62,126 bases of DNA from Thermoplasmata archaeon (GTDB lineage Archaea; Thermoplasmatota; Thermoplasmata; Lutacidiplasmatales; UBA184). Position 1 is the stretch's first letter. The number at the start of each line of letters is the position of its first letter. This document shows, piece after piece, positions 60,367 through 62,126 of this stretch. Under the pieces are notes generated by a model. That model made no database searches. It saw only the letters and a list, made by a program, of their open reading frames with translations, and was not told where the DNA came from. Where the stretch lies: contig JASHSX010000087.1 in the NCBI GenBank assembly GCA_030040865.1, forward strand, positions 1 to 62,126, read 5' to 3'. The translations under genes were made by a program, and so were the position numbers.

Positions 60367-60650
60367 GGGCGGGTGGCCTCCGACTCGCGAGCCCGAGTCC
60401 GGAAGATGTAGCTTTCGCTCGAAACGTATCGATCCCGGCGACGGGACGGTTCTCGACGGTCGGCGGAGGCCTCGAACAGCCGACCGGAGATTCTCCGGCG
60501 CGCCGAAGGGTAGACCACTCGAGGGGGCCGTCCCGTCCCGCTCGGGGACCGACGCGTCGCCCTAACGGGCCCTAGCCCGAACCGGAGACGACCGCTCGGT
60601 CCGGAGCGCCCGGTCCGGGGTCATCGCCCGAAAAAATGGCTGGATGAGCC

Positions 60651-60658
60651 TATAAATA
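60651..60658 (+). promoter_or_regulatory. putative TATA box for ABC transporter operon
   Basis: TATAAATA, 34-41 nt upstream of GTG 60692, preceded by an A-rich tract (GAAAAAATGG). Confidence 0.45.
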
Positions 60659-60691
60659 CCACTCTTCCGAGTCGCGCGCCGGGGAGCCGCA

Positions 60692-61918
60692 GTGGGGGCG
60701 GTGCGCCGCGCGGTCCTGAACACCGTCCGCAAGCCTGCCCGCACCGCCACGGTCGTCGTCGTTATCGGGTTCGCGATCGCCATCTTCCTCACCATGTCGC
60801 TGGTGAGCAGCTCGATCGCGGGGCAGGGGAACTTCCTCTCGGGCAACGCCGCGAATCTCATCGAGATCGTGCCGGCCGGCTCCGGCGCGGGCGCCTTCTT
60901 CGGCGGAGGACCGGGGAACTCGATGAGCACCAGCGTGCTCTCGGAGATCCAGGGGACGTCGCAGGCGGCCGCGATCCAGCCGGTGGTGCAGTTCGTGAAC
61001 GGGACGTTCGGCGGGGGCGGGTCGCCGTCGACGTTCCCGACGATCGTCTACGGGGAGTACGCCAACCTGCCCCTGGTCGTGGGCACGACCATCAATCCGA
61101 CCATCACCGCCGGCCGAGCGCTCAACGGCAACGACGCGTCGGCGATGGTCGCCGAGGTCGGGAGCACCTTCGCGACCGATCACTCGGTGTCGGTCGGCAG
61201 CACGCTCGGGCTGAACGGCACGACCGTCACGGTCGTGGGGATCTTCTCCACGGGCGCACCGTTCCTGTCCTCCAGCGTGGTCGTCCCGTTCCAGGCCGGC
61301 CAGACGATCGCAGCGACGAGCGACATGCACGAAGTGTTCGTGACGGCCGCCGCGGCCGGGGACGTGAACTCCGTCGCCGCGGCGCTCCAGGCGAAGGTCG
61401 GGGACTCCTACGAGGTCGAGCCGCTCTCGTCGATCGCGAGCCAGATCCAGAGCTCGCTCGACAGCATCTACGACAGCAGCCAGACGGGGCTGTACCTCTC
61501 GCTGCTCACGGGCGCGGTCGTGATGGTGTTCGTGATGGTCCTCGCGATGCGCGAGCGGACGAAAGAGATCGGGGTGATGAAGGCGATCGGGTTCCGCAAC
61601 CGGAGCATCATCACCCAGTTCGCGGTCGAGTCGATGGTCGTCGCCGTCGTGGGGTTCGGGGTCGGGGTCGGCCTCGCCGACCTGCTCGCGCCCACGATCA
61701 GCGATCTCGTCCTCGGTCAGGGCGGCGCGTTCGGGGGCGGACCCGGGGGCGGCGGCGGACGCTTCGGCCTGTTCGGCCGGGGCTTCCCTTTCAATCCCTC
61801 GCCGGAACTGATCGTCGGGACGCTCGCGGTCGCGGTGGGACTGGGAGTCCTGGGCGCCCTGTACCCGATCGTTCGGGCGATCCGGCTCCGACCGGCGGAG
61901 GCGCTGCGGTATGAGTGA
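60692..61918 (+). CDS. ABC transporter permease, FtsX/MacB-like
   Basis: 408 aa. N-terminal TM helix, a large extracytoplasmic domain, then the C-terminal FtsX domain ([13 protein letters not shown]...[10 protein letters not shown]...[19 protein letters not shown]). Confidence 0.85.
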   Translation: MGAVRRAVLNTVRKPARTATVVVVIGFAIAIFLTMSLVSSSIAGQGNFLSGNAANLIEIVPAGSGAGAFFGGGPGNSMSTSVLSEIQGTSQAAAIQPVVQFVNGTFGGGGSPSTFPTIVYGEYANLPLVVGTTINPTITAGRALNGNDASAMVAEVGSTFATDHSVSVGSTLGLNGTTVTVVGIFSTGAPFLSSSVVVPFQAGQTIAATSDMHEVFVTAAAAGDVNSVAAALQAKVGDSYEVEPLSSIASQIQSSLDSIYDSSQTGLYLSLLTGAVVMVFVMVLAMRERTKEIGVMKAIGFRNRSIITQFAVESMVVAVVGFGVGVGLADLLAPTISDLVLGQGGAFGGGPGGGGGRFGLFGRGFPFNPSPELIVGTLAVAVGLGVLGALYPIVRAIRLRPAEALRYE

Positions 61919-62126
61919 CGTTGCCGTAGCCGGACCGGCCGCGCCGGCGAACGGCTCGCCGATCATCTCCCTGATCGACGTGAGGAAGGAGTTCCGGATC
62001 CGGGGCAAGCCGCCCGTCGAGGCGCTGCGGGGCGCGAACCTCTCCGTCCCCCGCGGCTCGATGGTGGCGATCAAGGGGCCGAGCGGGAGCGGCAAGACGA
62101 CGCTGCTCCACCTGATCGGCGCCCTC
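61911..62126 (+). CDS. ABC transporter ATP-binding protein (MacB/LolD-like), 5' part only; runs off window
   Basis: Own translation from ATG 61911, which overlaps the permease stop: [72 protein letters not shown]. Walker A is GPSGSGKTT. Confidence 0.85.
   Translation, partial: MSDVAVAGPAAPANGSPIISLIDVRKEFRIRGKPPVEALRGANLSVPRGSMVAIKGPSGSGKTTLLHLIGAL

Noticed and set aside
60650-62095. 481-aa minus-strand ORF antisense to the ABC permease
   Set aside because: Shadow ORF. The sense frame encodes a typical FtsX/MacB permease.
1-62126. Search for CRISPR arrays, rRNA genes, transposases/integrases and defence-system hallmarks
   Set aside because: No regularly spaced direct repeats were seen by eye. 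No rRNA-like conserved stretches were seen. No DDE, tyrosine- or serine-recombinase motifs were seen. No clustered ATPase/nuclease genes were seen. The only nuclease-like gene (the TPD family member) is solitary.

Overview
This is a high-GC archaeal chromosomal segment. Coding regions show mostly G/C-ending codons, and GC was judged by eye, not computed. Archaeal hallmarks include topoisomerase VI A/B, aEF-1beta, TiaS, RaSEA, AglB, an Sm protein, eL41, two-subunit 2-oxoacid:ferredoxin oxidoreductase and a BHB-type tRNA intron. I support about 64 protein-coding genes and one tRNA. Many genes are packed into operons with ATGA/GTGA stop-start overlaps. Most of the window is housekeeping:
- Central metabolism: citrate synthase, succinyl-CoA synthetase, OFOR.
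- Biosynthesis: a LeuA/HCS-LeuCD-LeuB-type module fused to thiolase/DUF35, plus NadE, CoaBC and an RbkR-type riboflavin kinase.
- Translation and tRNA modification: HisRS, TiaS, RaSEA, EF-1beta, eL41.
- Chaperone and protease: DnaK, HtpX.
- Transport: ZIP, aquaporin, ABC.

I saw no rRNA, CRISPR array, integrase, transposase or recognisable defence system. High GC produces many long shadow ORFs in the six-frame track, and I rejected those.

The most unusual content is a surface-glycosylation module at 30122-37548. It holds a 2197-aa AglB (STT3-type oligosaccharyltransferase) whose catalytic half is fused to about 1300 aa of tandem beta-sandwich modules. That extension carries about 43 N-X-S/T sequons and ends in a C-terminal membrane anchor. 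The gene is GTGA-coupled to a second sequon-dense anchored protein.

Other notable items:
- tRNA-His(GUG) with a canonical 3-4-3 BHB intron at the non-canonical T-loop position 59/60.
- A low-GC island (about 5.5-7.7 kb) with orphan membrane proteins directly upstream of a solitary dnaK.
- A second low-GC orphan exported protein (22273-23877).
- A CDIN1/C15orf41-like TPD-motif nuclease whose 3' end overlaps hisS.
- Three very small genes absent from the ORF track or hidden inside shadow ORFs: eL41, a COG2888 Zn-ribbon protein, and a Cys/His protein coupled to sucD.
- An alpha/beta-hydrolase with Ser-to-Ala at the nucleophile elbow and no canonical start codon.

All family assignments rest on motifs I recognise in the translations. 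No database search was possible.
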